Shown here in pieces: positions 18,130 through 27,318 of a DNA stretch of 64,000 nucleotides. Each line of letters begins with the position of its first letter. The first letter of the stretch is position 1. The notes under the pieces are model-generated. The model was not told the origin of the DNA and searched no databases. It saw only the letters and a program-made list of their open reading frames with translations. The position numbers and the translations under genes are program-made. The DNA comes from an uncultured bacterium. Its GTDB lineage: Bacteria; Bipolaricaulota; Bipolaricaulia; UBA7950; UBA9294. The stretch lies in the NCBI GenBank assembly GCA_965370555.1, contig CBDUVB010000006.1, positions 2,372-66,371 of the forward strand, read 5' to 3'.

Positions 18130-18139
18130 ACGAACGGAG

Positions 18140-20908
18140 ATGATCGGGAATATGAAGAGACATTCATTGCTCGCGGCACTCATCGCCCTGCTTTGCATCT
18201 TCAGTCTTTCCATCGCCATCCTCGCCGATGAGCCGCTCACAGTCAGGGTCGGCGCCTTCGAGAATCCCCCAAAGATCTTCACCGACGAGAGCGGGACATT
18301 CTCCGGTTTCTGGCCGGATCTGGTTAACTACATCGCTTCCCAGGAAGGTTGGCAGATAGAATGGGTGCACGGCACGTGGACTCAATGCCTGGAAAAGCTA
18401 GAACGAAACGAGATCGATGTCCTGCCCGATACCGGCTTCACAGAGCCGCGTGCAGAGAAATTTGCGTTTTCGAGTGAAACGGTCCTTCTGAGCTGGTCAA
18501 GGTTGTGTGCGCGCCGGGGAGCAGATATCGATTCCGTCCTCGACCTCGAAAGGACAAGGATCGGAGCCCTCGCCGGGAGCTTCAATCTGGATGGACCAAA
18601 GGGCATCCGCGACATCTGCAGTGGGTTCGAGATCGGCTGCACGTTTGTCGAGATGGATAGCTACACCGAGGTCTTCGAAGCATTGGAAGACGGCAGCATC
18701 GACGCAGGAGTGACCAATAAGGACTTCGGTAACAAATACGAAGATCAGTACAAGATCGAGAAGACACCGATAATCTTTCAGCCGGCGCGGATGCAGTTTG
18801 CGTTCACGCAAGATTCCGACTTAACACCGTATCTGATTGAAAGAATTGATTACCATATAAAGGAACTAAAGAAGGATGAAAATTCCATTTACTACCAATC
18901 GTTGGAGAAATGGCTCGGAGTCACCCCTGGCGAGAAACCTGTTATGCCTGCGTGGGTGGGACTGGTGGTAATCGGCATCGGAGCACTGGTATTGCTGCTT
19001 GTGGGAGGAACCTTCGTCCTGAGATTTCAAGTCAAAGAGAAGACAAGAGCACTAAAGCAGGAGATCGACGATCACAAGAAAGCGGAAGAGAGAATCGAAC
19101 ACCTGAATCTCGTACTGCGGGCCATCCGCAACGTCAACCAACTGATCACAAAGGAAAAAGACCGCGACCGTCTGCTTCAAGGTGCTTGCGACAATCTGAT
19201 CGGAACTCGTGGCTATCACCACGCATGTATTGCGATCATTGATGAAGCAGGCGGATTCATAACTGCGGTCGAAGCAGGCTTGGGAAGCAGATTATTGCCG
19301 CTAGTTGAGCAGCTAGAACAGGGCGAGTGGCCTGAGTGTATGCAACGCGCATTAACGCAATCGGAGCCTGTCGTGACAGAAGATCCATCTTCCACACGCA
19401 TAGGCTGTCCATCGAACGAGGAAGATGCGGGCAGAGGAACACTGACCGTGCGATTGAATCATGAGGGAAAGGTCTACGGCATGGTCTCCGCTTCTGTACC
19501 CAGAGAGAGCATCGCGGACGAAGAAAAGCAAGGGTTGTTCAAAGAAGTCGCCGATGACATCGCTTGCGCCCTGCATAATATTGAAATGGAAGAGAAACGG
19601 GTGCGGGCGGAAGAGGCGCTGCGCAAAAGCGATCGGGCGCTCAGGGCACTCAGCGGGTGCAACCAAATCATTGTTCGAGTCACGGAAGAGGCAAAACTGT
19701 TGTCCGAGATCTGCCGCATTATCGTGGAAGTGGGTCAGTATCCTCTGGCCTGGGTCGGTTTCGCGGAGCAGGACGAAGAGAAGACGGTCCGTCCGGTGGC
19801 ACAGGCGGGATTTGAGGAAGTGTATCTCGACACCGTGAACATCACCTGGGCCGACACGGAACGAGGCCACGGGCCCACCGGCACTGCCATTCGCACAGGC
19901 GAGGTCAGTATTGCCCAAAATATCCTGACCGATCCCAACTGTGTCCCTTGGCGCGCGGAGGCTACGAAACATGGCTATGTCTCATTACTTGCGCTTCCCT
20001 TGCACTTGGGCGACCACGTCTCGGGCGGACTGAGCATCTTCGCATCTGAACCAGACGCCTTTGATGAGGAAGAAGTGAAACTGCTGACGGAGCTGTCAGA
20101 GGATTTGGCGTATGGGATTAGGGCGCTGCGCAGTCGCGCAGAGCGCAGGAAGGCGGAAGAGGAGAAAGAAAGGATGGAAGCGCAGCTTCGCCAGAGCCAA
20201 AAGCTGGAGTCAATTGGAACACTGGCAAGCGGCGTCGCGCACGAAATCAATAATCCGGTGACCGGGATCATCAACTATGCCGATCTGATCGAGAGCCGAG
20301 TTGAGGACGATCGTTTGAGGGAGTTCGCCGCCGGGATCATCAAGGAAGGGAATCGGGTAGCGGAGATAGTCAAGAGCCTCCTCTACTTCTCCCGCCAGGA
20401 GAAACAGAGCCATAGCCCGGCACGGATGGAGGACATCATCAACGCTTCCCTCACGCTGATTGGTGCCGTATTGCGCAAGGATCAGATCACAGTTGAGAAG
20501 GAGATTGCGCCGGATCTTCCCCAGGTGCGTTGTCGCAGCCAGCAGATTCAACAGGTAATCATTAACCTCCTCACCAACGCCAGAGACGCGCTCAACCAAC
20601 GCTATGAAGCGTATCACGAGGACAAGCTGATTAAGATCCGGGTTCAGCCGTTCGAGGAGGACGGCATCCAATGGATTCGAACGACCGTAGAGGATCACGG
20701 CACGGGAATCCCGGAGGAGGCCATCGACCGCATATTCGACCCGTTCTTCACCAGCAAGCCGCGCGATGCAGGAACGGGCCTCGGTCTCTCGGTGAGCTAC
20801 GGGATTATCAAGGAGCACCACGGAGAGCTGAGCGTAGAGAGCGAACTGGGCGAGTACACGAGATTTCACATGGATCTGCGGGTGGACAATGGCTGGACGG
20901 TGGAATGA
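18140..20908 (+). CDS. Hybrid-architecture sensor histidine kinase: periplasmic solute-binding-like domain, TM, GAF/PAS, HisKA-HATPase
   Basis: Signal/TM at the N-terminus, a ~250-aa periplasmic domain resembling family-3 solute-binding proteins, a second TM (VMPAWVGLVVIGIGALVLLLV), coiled coil, GAF/PAS-like region, an H-box (SQKLESIGTLASGVAHEINNPV) and N/G1/G2 boxes (…HGTGIPEE…GTGLGLS…). The start was moved to ATG 18140. Confidence 0.85.
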   Translation: MIGNMKRHSLLAALIALLCIFSLSIAILADEPLTVRVGAFENPPKIFTDESGTFSGFWPDLVNYIASQEGWQIEWVHGTWTQCLEKLERNEIDVLPDTGFTEPRAEKFAFSSETVLLSWSRLCARRGADIDSVLDLERTRIGALAGSFNLDGPKGIRDICSGFEIGCTFVEMDSYTEVFEALEDGSIDAGVTNKDFGNKYEDQYKIEKTPIIFQPARMQFAFTQDSDLTPYLIERIDYHIKELKKDENSIYYQSLEKWLGVTPGEKPVMPAWVGLVVIGIGALVLLLVGGTFVLRFQVKEKTRALKQEIDDHKKAEERIEHLNLVLRAIRNVNQLITKEKDRDRLLQGACDNLIGTRGYHHACIAIIDEAGGFITAVEAGLGSRLLPLVEQLEQGEWPECMQRALTQSEPVVTEDPSSTRIGCPSNEEDAGRGTLTVRLNHEGKVYGMVSASVPRESIADEEKQGLFKEVADDIACALHNIEMEEKRVRAEEALRKSDRALRALSGCNQIIVRVTEEAKLLSEICRIIVEVGQYPLAWVGFAEQDEEKTVRPVAQAGFEEVYLDTVNITWADTERGHGPTGTAIRTGEVSIAQNILTDPNCVPWRAEATKHGYVSLLALPLHLGDHVSGGLSIFASEPDAFDEEEVKLLTELSEDLAYGIRALRSRAERRKAEEEKERMEAQLRQSQKLESIGTLASGVAHEINNPVTGIINYADLIESRVEDDRLREFAAGIIKEGNRVAEIVKSLLYFSRQEKQSHSPARMEDIINASLTLIGAVLRKDQITVEKEIAPDLPQVRCRSQQIQQVIINLLTNARDALNQRYEAYHEDKLIKIRVQPFEEDGIQWIRTTVEDHGTGIPEEAIDRIFDPFFTSKPRDAGTGLGLSVSYGIIKEHHGELSVESELGEYTRFHMDLRVDNGWTVE

Positions 20909-21037
20909 ACGCGGAGGCCAAGAGCATTCTCTCGCAAAGACGCCAAGATCGCAAAGGAAAGCGTTAGAATGGGGAACGAACAAGGACTAGAGGCCTTTCT
21001 TGGCGGCTTGAGTGAGCGTAGCGAACGGGCGAGAGAA

Positions 21038-22993
21038 ATGCACAAGAAAGGAGGAAACGTGACGGCACGCGTGCTTATTGTCGATGACGAAGAGAGTATC
21101 CGCATTACCTTGGCGGAGTTCATCAAGGAGGACGGGTACACGGTTCACACCGCCGAGGATGCCGCCGAGGCGCTGCGTCTGATGGACGAGCACGCGTTCG
21201 ATGTGGTCGTGACCGACATCGTCCTTCCCCGCGTGAACGGGGTCGCTTTGCTGAAGATGATCCACGAGAGATCGCCCGACACACAAGTGATCATGCTTAC
21301 CGGTGACCCCGCGGTAGAGACTGCTGCTGAAGCGGTGCGTGCGGGGGCGTTCGACTACCTAACCAAGCCCGTATCCCAGAACGCGATCAGGCGAGTCGTT
21401 GGCAATGCCGCACAGATCAAGGAGCTGACCGATGAGAAGCAGCGGCTGGAAGAAGAGAACAAGAAGTACCAGCAACACCTGGAAAGAATGGTCGAGGAGC
21501 GAACTGCGGCACTGCGGGAGAGCGAAGCACACTACCGCGGCATCGTTCAATATCAGACAGAGTGTATAGACCGCTGGCTGCCCGACGGGACATTGACCTT
21601 TGTCAACGATGCTTACTGTGATTACTACGGCAAGTCCCACGATGAGTTCATAGGAAGCAACTGGCTAGGAGTCGTTACCCAAGAAGATCGGGAGCGTGTG
21701 CAAGCACACGTGGAAAGGCTGAAGGCTACTCTGACCCCGGAAAACCCAATCTCAACATCGGAACACCGAGAAGTGGCGGCAACCGGGGAGACGCGCTGGA
21801 TGCAGTGGAGTGACCAGGCGATTTTCGATGAACAGGGCGATCTGGTCGAGTTCCAGTCCGTCGGGCGTGATATCACCCAGCGCAAACTGGCCGAGGAGGC
21901 ACTACAACGAGAGCAAAGGCTGACCCTTACCCTCAGTCGTGCCACAGCAGCCATCGCCAGCGTTCTCTCCCTTGATGAAGTTATCGAGCAGATCCTTGCC
22001 GAACTGGAAGAGATCGTAGTCGCTGACGCGGTGAACATCATGCTTGTCGACAGTGGTGTTGCTCGTATTGCACGCGCACGGGTATGCGCTGGGAGCACTG
22101 TTGATCTGCGCGTGGTGATGGACCAGACGTTCAGTGTCGAGGAAACACCAAATCTGCGTCGGATGGTGGAGACAAGACAGCCGGTAGTGATTGAAGATGC
22201 CCGTTCCTGTCAAGACTGGATTGCCCTGCCAGGAGAGGAATGGCTCGTCTCTTATACAGGGGTACCGATCGTTGCGCACAATGAAGTGATAGGGATTCTT
22301 AATGTTGACCGGACCAGAGTGGGGAGTTCTGACGAAAAGGAGATCGAACGGTTGAAAATCTTCGCGTCAACGGCTGCCGTGGGGATAGAAAATGCCCGCT
22401 TGCACGAAGGACTGAGGAAAACCTTGGAGGATACTATCCGTGTTGTTGGCTTGACGACTGAAATGCGCGATCCTTACACCGCAAAACACCAGCAACAGGT
22501 GACCACCCTTGCTTGCGCCATCGCACGCGAAATGAGCATTCCTGAAGAGCGAATCGAGGGGATTCATGCAGCTGGGCTAATGCACGACATCGGTAAGATA
22601 TCGATACCGGCTGAGATCCTTACCAAACCAGCGGAGTTGACCGATCTGGAGTTTGGGCTGATCAAGACTCACCCGCAAGTGGCCTACGACATCTTGAGAG
22701 GGATCGAGTTCCCCTGGCCGATTGCCGACATAGTCCTCCAGCACCACGAACGGATGGACGGTTCAGGATATCCCAATGGCCTTAAGGGGGACGAGATCAT
22801 GCTTGAGGCCCGTATCCTCGCCGTGGCCGACGTGGTGGAGGCGATGTCCTCTCATCGACCGTACCGCCCCGCGCGCGGGCTCGACAAAGCGATCGAAGAG
22901 ATCAAGGAGAACGCAGGCAAGCTCTACGACCCCAAGATTGTCGACGCGTGTCTGAAGCTCTTTGCTAACGGAGTATTCAAGTTCGCCGATTAG
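21038..22993 (+). CDS. Response regulator with REC, PAS, GAF and HD-GYP domains (putative c-di-GMP phosphodiesterase)
   Basis: A REC domain (VLIVDDEE...D...LTG), then PAS and GAF-like regions, then an HD domain with HHERMDGSGYP (HD-GYP signature). An alternative GTG start at 21059 has a better SD (AAGGAGG). Confidence 0.85.
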   Translation: MHKKGGNVTARVLIVDDEESIRITLAEFIKEDGYTVHTAEDAAEALRLMDEHAFDVVVTDIVLPRVNGVALLKMIHERSPDTQVIMLTGDPAVETAAEAVRAGAFDYLTKPVSQNAIRRVVGNAAQIKELTDEKQRLEEENKKYQQHLERMVEERTAALRESEAHYRGIVQYQTECIDRWLPDGTLTFVNDAYCDYYGKSHDEFIGSNWLGVVTQEDRERVQAHVERLKATLTPENPISTSEHREVAATGETRWMQWSDQAIFDEQGDLVEFQSVGRDITQRKLAEEALQREQRLTLTLSRATAAIASVLSLDEVIEQILAELEEIVVADAVNIMLVDSGVARIARARVCAGSTVDLRVVMDQTFSVEETPNLRRMVETRQPVVIEDARSCQDWIALPGEEWLVSYTGVPIVAHNEVIGILNVDRTRVGSSDEKEIERLKIFASTAAVGIENARLHEGLRKTLEDTIRVVGLTTEMRDPYTAKHQQQVTTLACAIAREMSIPEERIEGIHAAGLMHDIGKISIPAEILTKPAELTDLEFGLIKTHPQVAYDILRGIEFPWPIADIVLQHHERMDGSGYPNGLKGDEIMLEARILAVADVVEAMSSHRPYRPARGLDKAIEEIKENAGKLYDPKIVDACLKLFANGVFKFAD

Positions 22994-23075
22994 TAGACGT
23001 AGTATCGCAGCCTGTATGAGGTGGCTTTTGCCCATTGGATCACATACCTGTTAGAATGCCTTAGGAGGAATCAAC

Positions 23076-23465
23076 GTGGCTGAGCGCGCACGGGACTGGA
23101 TGGCACAAGCGGAAAGGGACCTTGCTCATGCCGAGAATGATCTCGCGAGCGGTTTCTACGAGTGGAGCTGTTTTTCCGCGCAGCAGGCGGCGGAAAAGGC
23201 GATAAAAGCCTTGTATCAAACCCGCAATCAACTTGCATGGGGACACTCTGTCCGTGAACTCTTGGAAGGTCTCCGCGATGAGTTTTCGGTCTCTGAGTCC
23301 CTCATTGAGGCAGGAAAATCCCTCGATAAGCACTACATCCTAAGTCGCTATCCAAATGGATTCCCAAGCGGCGCGCCTGTCGATTACTTCACCGAACGCG
23401 ATGCCCAAGGAGCAGTCGATGCTGCACATAAAATCATTAGGTTCTGCAAAGATCATCTCGCTTGA
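23076..23465 (+). CDS. HEPN-domain protein (toxin-like partner of a HEPN/MNT module)
   Basis: Small all-helical 129-aa protein of the type annotated as HEPN-domain proteins and paired with minimal nucleotidyltransferases. I could not place a clean Rx4-6H motif (a possible …RELLEGLRDEF… region). GTG start with a GGAGG RBS. Confidence 0.6.
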   Translation: MAERARDWMAQAERDLAHAENDLASGFYEWSCFSAQQAAEKAIKALYQTRNQLAWGHSVRELLEGLRDEFSVSESLIEAGKSLDKHYILSRYPNGFPSGAPVDYFTERDAQGAVDAAHKIIRFCKDHLA

Positions 23466-23778
23466 CGTAGAAAGTGTGCGGGAGAAACTGAAAAAGGTCG
23501 CTCGCAACCTAAATGAGCAAGACAAGAATGTGCTTTCTGTATGGCTCTTCGGGTCGCTTGCCCGTGGGGATGCCCTGCCAGGAAGCGACGCGGATATCTT
23601 GATTGTGTTGAGAGACAGCGCCCTATCGCTTCCCGAGCGGATGACACAATTTATGGATTACTTCGCAGGTCTTGGACTCGGGATTGACATCTTTCCGTTG
23701 ACCGAAAAGGAGCTTGAAGAGAAGAAGAACGACCTTTTCTGGAAGAAGGTCCTCGCCGAGCGGTTGCGTCTTGCGTGA
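23419..23778 (+). CDS. Minimal nucleotidyltransferase (MNT) partner of the HEPN protein
   Basis: LFGSLARGDALPGSDADILIVL is the GSxxRG...SDxDhhhh nucleotidyltransferase motif. It overlaps the HEPN 3' end. The start is ambiguous (ATG 23419 or GTG 23476). Confidence 0.7.
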   Translation: MLHIKSLGSAKIISLDVESVREKLKKVARNLNEQDKNVLSVWLFGSLARGDALPGSDADILIVLRDSALSLPERMTQFMDYFAGLGLGIDIFPLTEKELEEKKNDLFWKKVLAERLRLA

Positions 23779-23889
23779 TCAAAGCTGATGACTAACGGCT
23801 GAAAGCCACTTATTGACCGCATTTTCGTTTCCTTGACAACGCACCGTTTCCGAGTACACTTCGGAAATTCATTTCACTTGCTTTAACGG

Positions 23890-25320
23890 GTGAGTGGCAT
23901 GGCGGAGGCGAGTGCAATGCGTAGATCACTACGAAAATGGTGGCAAGAGGCCGAACCTTGGTACTCTGCAACCGGCTTGGCAAACATAACTATGGGGACT
24001 TCCTCGATCCTCATCCCGCTGATGATCGCTCAGGTCCTCCACTACTCCGTGGCAGATCTTGGGGTCCTCTCCAGCCTTGTGAGCCTCGTAGGTGTTATCG
24101 GGAGCCTGATCTGGGGGCGGCTCTCGGACGCTGCTCACCGCCGCAAGCCATTCATCGTGATGAGCTTCGCCGGGGTGAGCCTCGGTTTTGCCGGGATTGC
24201 GCTCGCCCAATCCTTTACAATGGTTCTCCTCCTTAACATGATGCTCAACTTCTTCTGGGTTGCGAACGCGGCGGTGACTATCCTGATCGTGATTGAGAAC
24301 AAGGAAGAATCGCGCTGGGAGGGAAAGATCGGGCACTTGAATCAGATCGGTGCGTTGGGGTGGGTCACCGGGCTTGTCTTTGGGAGCCTCTCCCTGGCCG
24401 TGGCGAGCCGATTCATCGGCGAATCGGCGGCGATCCGCATCCTATTTGCGATCCTCGCCTTGGGGGCAGCTGGGGCCAGTCTCCTTGCCGTGCGATTCGT
24501 TCCCCGGACGACCCCAAAGTTCACCCAGCGCCAGTTTCGGGGGAGGATAGTCGCGTTGGGTAACTTCCTCGTCGAGCGAGGTCGGTTCAGCCCGTATCAC
24601 CTTTACCATCGTTTCAACCCACGCCGGCTTCCTGCGCTTCTATGGGGGGAAGGGGGTCTACGGAGTGAGACGAAGCGATTCCTGGTAGTAACGTTACTCG
24701 CATTCATTGCGGTTGGTTTCTTTGCAGTCCCAGTACCGCTGTTGCTCTCACAGAGGTTTGGCCTTCCCTCCTCTACGGTCTTCCTCTACTTTGTCGTTCT
24801 AAACAGCGGGGTGGTCCTTGCATATCCCCTTGCCTCGCGCCGGATTAAGCGAGCGGGGAACAAGGCGGTTCAGCAGGGGGCGCTCGCCGTTCGGCTGGTC
24901 CTTTTAGTCGCGGCATCCATTTACCTCACAATATCGAGAGCGGTCCCGCCGACGTGGGTGCTCGCGTCCTTCTTCCTCGCGATTGGTGTTACTTGGTCCT
25001 TCTTTCAGCTCTCTGGGGTGGCGCTTGCCTCTCGTCTGGCCAAGCCGAAGTACAGGGGACAGACACTCGGGCTGTACAACGCGATCGCGGGGGTGGGGAT
25101 GATCATTGCCGGAGCGACGAGCGGTCTTCTGAGCGAATACATAGGCTACCAAGCAACGTTTGCGGCATCCGCTGTCTTCATTGCAGCCTCACTCCTCGTC
25201 CTGCATCGGCTCCCCATCCCCACGAGGATGGTTGAGGAGAAACCATACCATTACCCAGATAAAGGGCAGAACTCTCTGTCTCAAGATGGGTTATCCAAGG
25301 CTAAATCGGTATCATCCTGA
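23890..25320 (+). CDS. MFS transporter
   Basis: About 12 predicted hydrophobic helices, basic loop motifs (GRLSDAAHRRKP-type between TM2 and TM3). 476 aa. Confidence 0.75.
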   Translation: MSGMAEASAMRRSLRKWWQEAEPWYSATGLANITMGTSSILIPLMIAQVLHYSVADLGVLSSLVSLVGVIGSLIWGRLSDAAHRRKPFIVMSFAGVSLGFAGIALAQSFTMVLLLNMMLNFFWVANAAVTILIVIENKEESRWEGKIGHLNQIGALGWVTGLVFGSLSLAVASRFIGESAAIRILFAILALGAAGASLLAVRFVPRTTPKFTQRQFRGRIVALGNFLVERGRFSPYHLYHRFNPRRLPALLWGEGGLRSETKRFLVVTLLAFIAVGFFAVPVPLLLSQRFGLPSSTVFLYFVVLNSGVVLAYPLASRRIKRAGNKAVQQGALAVRLVLLVAASIYLTISRAVPPTWVLASFFLAIGVTWSFFQLSGVALASRLAKPKYRGQTLGLYNAIAGVGMIIAGATSGLLSEYIGYQATFAASAVFIAASLLVLHRLPIPTRMVEEKPYHYPDKGQNSLSQDGLSKAKSVSS

Positions 25321-25324
25321 TGCG

Positions 25325-25846
25325 ATGAGCAACAAGAAGAATATCGGGCAGCCGGCGGTGGAGAAACGGGTACGAATGCACACCGCCGAGCACATCCTGA
25401 CCGCGGTGATGCACAGATTGTTTGCCACGGGAAGTGTCCCCTCGCCGCGCAACCTTGAGATGCACCTCGGGGAGAAGAAATCGAAGTGTGATTACACCGT
25501 TTCTCATCCGATTAGTATGGAAGAGATCGCGGCGATTGAGGATACGGTGAACGCAGAGATCGAGAAGGACTACCAAATCACGACGGAGATCGTGCCTATC
25601 GAAGAGGCGAAAACGACCTACGACCTGTGGAAGGTCCCTCCAGGCGCAGCCACGATCCGCATCGTCAAGATAGGTAATATCGATGCCACTCCGTGTAGAG
25701 GCAAACACGTCTCTCATACAAACCAAATCGGTCGCTTTCGCATCAAGAGCTACACGATGAGAGAAGAGAATGTTGTACGCATACGGTTCGGATTAGAAGA
25801 TATTCTTATGATTCAACCGTCGATCGGTACAGAGAATAGGGGATAG
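25325..25846 (+). CDS. AlaX-like aminoacyl-tRNA editing domain protein (Ala-tRNA(Pro)/Ser-tRNA(Ala) hydrolase family)
   Basis: MHTAEHILTAV (HxxxH zinc motif) and a downstream C...H (TPCRGKHVSH) zinc-ligand pair typical of AlaX/threonyl-alanyl tRNA synthetase second additional domains. The start was moved to ATG 25325. Confidence 0.6.
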   Translation: MSNKKNIGQPAVEKRVRMHTAEHILTAVMHRLFATGSVPSPRNLEMHLGEKKSKCDYTVSHPISMEEIAAIEDTVNAEIEKDYQITTEIVPIEEAKTTYDLWKVPPGAATIRIVKIGNIDATPCRGKHVSHTNQIGRFRIKSYTMREENVVRIRFGLEDILMIQPSIGTENRG

Positions 25847-26405
25847 CAAGGAACATCTCTTTAGGGGAGAGAAATGCCTCTCGCCGGCTTCCATCACAAC
25901 CGACAGAGATCGCTGCCTTTTTGGTCTGCAGGGGAAGGGCAGTGCATTCCCCGCACAGCGCACCGATCCCACTAACGTGTCCACCGCTCTTCTCGCCGGT
26001 AGAAGCGGTGATGGAGAGGATATGTCTGAACACTTCCTCCGGGTTGAGGATGAGGAGGACGAGGTCTGGGGGAACCGGCATCCTATCGAGCGGGGCATAG
26101 ATGAAGGTGCGTCTCGAAACAGGGAGTGGAGATAGTCCGGCGATGAAGCGGTGCGCGGTTTCCAGGTCTCTTACATCTCCCCAACCGATGAGTGTCGCTG
26201 CCAGTTTCTCCATCGTCGATTCATCCAGAGGATCGATCCCCAGGTTGTAGCGGGCGAGCGGGCAGGTGAAATCCTCTCCGCGAGCCCAGAGAATTTCTCC
26301 CTTGCGCGCCCTTCCGATGAAGGTGCAGTGCCGTCCCGGGGAGGCGACGCGCTCGATCCCCTGCGGGATCTGATCAAGGAGTGCAATCCCGATCTCCTCG
26401 GTCAT
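25806..26405 (-). CDS. DUF169-family protein
   Basis: 199 aa with the Cys/Arg-containing block (…GRHCTFIGRARKGEILWARGEDFTCPLARYNLG…) characteristic of DUF169 (COG2043). Its 3' end overlaps the convergent AlaX-like gene by 41 bp. Confidence 0.5.
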   Translation of the reverse strand: MTEEIGIALLDQIPQGIERVASPGRHCTFIGRARKGEILWARGEDFTCPLARYNLGIDPLDESTMEKLAATLIGWGDVRDLETAHRFIAGLSPLPVSRRTFIYAPLDRMPVPPDLVLLILNPEEVFRHILSITASTGEKSGGHVSGIGALCGECTALPLQTKKAAISVGCDGSRREAFLSPKEMFLAIPYSLYRSTVES

Positions 26406-27124
26406 CAGAGCGAAATCTGACTCCCCACTTTCACATCGATACTGGCGTCGCCGAAGGCGTTCTGCAGAATTTCGATCGCGTGCTTGCCTGTGCAGTGACA
26501 GGGAGCGATTCTCTCTACCCCAAGCCGCTTCAGCGCGGAAGCGATCTCCTTTACCTCGGCCTCATTCTTCTTGTAGAGGTGGAAGCCTCCAAGCACAAGG
26601 TGAAGCGGCCCTCCAGCGAGGTCGGTCGCTACGCGAGCGATCTCGATAATCCCGGGATGGGCGCACCCGGTGATGAGCGTTGGGCCTGCAGATCCACGGA
26701 CGATCAGGGCCTGTTCCACGATCTCCTTCCCCATCTCCCCGGTGGAGGTGATGCCCGGTACGATCTCTATCGGTAGGGAGACAGGGTGAGCGCGCCACGG
26801 TGCTCGCTCAGGCTTTTCTTCCACCTCCCCTTGAAACAGGACAGAGAACGATGCAGGGTAGAAGACATCGAGGTTCTTATGTAGCGCCGAGGTGACGGCT
26901 CCTATATGGTCGCAGTGCTCATGGGACAGGACAAGGGTGTCGATCGCAGCGAGGTCGACACCGAGCGCTGTGGCATTGTGCTCGAGGACGCCCTTGTCCG
27001 CTCCAGTGTCGAACAGGACTCGATGCCCGCCAAACTCGATCAAGGCTGAGAATCCCCAGCCGGGCTGCAGATCGCTCCGGTCGGATCGGTTGTCGTAGAG
27101 AATTAAGACCCTCTCGTTAGTCAT
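26405..27124 (-). CDS. MBL-fold metallo-hydrolase
   Basis: HEHCDH (HxHxDH) metal-binding motif plus downstream His/Asp ligands, and a C-terminal CHCTG-containing subdomain. The start was moved to ATG 27124 (RBS GGAGGAAAG). Its stop overlaps the DUF169 start (TGATG). Confidence 0.75.
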   Translation of the reverse strand: MTNERVLILYDNRSDRSDLQPGWGFSALIEFGGHRVLFDTGADKGVLEHNATALGVDLAAIDTLVLSHEHCDHIGAVTSALHKNLDVFYPASFSVLFQGEVEEKPERAPWRAHPVSLPIEIVPGITSTGEMGKEIVEQALIVRGSAGPTLITGCAHPGIIEIARVATDLAGGPLHLVLGGFHLYKKNEAEVKEIASALKRLGVERIAPCHCTGKHAIEILQNAFGDASIDVKVGSQISL

Positions 27125-27181
27125 TTCTTTCCTCCTTCGAGCGCTTATTTTACCGCAAAGGGCGCTGAGGAATCGAGAGAT

Positions 27182-27222
27182 CGGAAGATTGGGAGGTTTA
27201 ATCACTCAATCAATCACTAAAC
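27182..27222. repeat. Intergenic repeat element, copy B (short form: cggaagatt...ttaatcactcaatcaatcactaaa)
   Basis: Near-identical to the right-hand part of copy A (10497-10553). It lies in the promoter/5' region of the MBL-DUF169 operon. Confidence 0.65.
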
Positions 27223-27318
27223 CTGGTGTGACGAGAAAGGGAGCCAAGGGTATATGCCCGCCCCTCGGCCAGCGCTTCGAGTAGTTCCTGATACATTGTG
27301 TTCCGCTTCACCTCCCAA

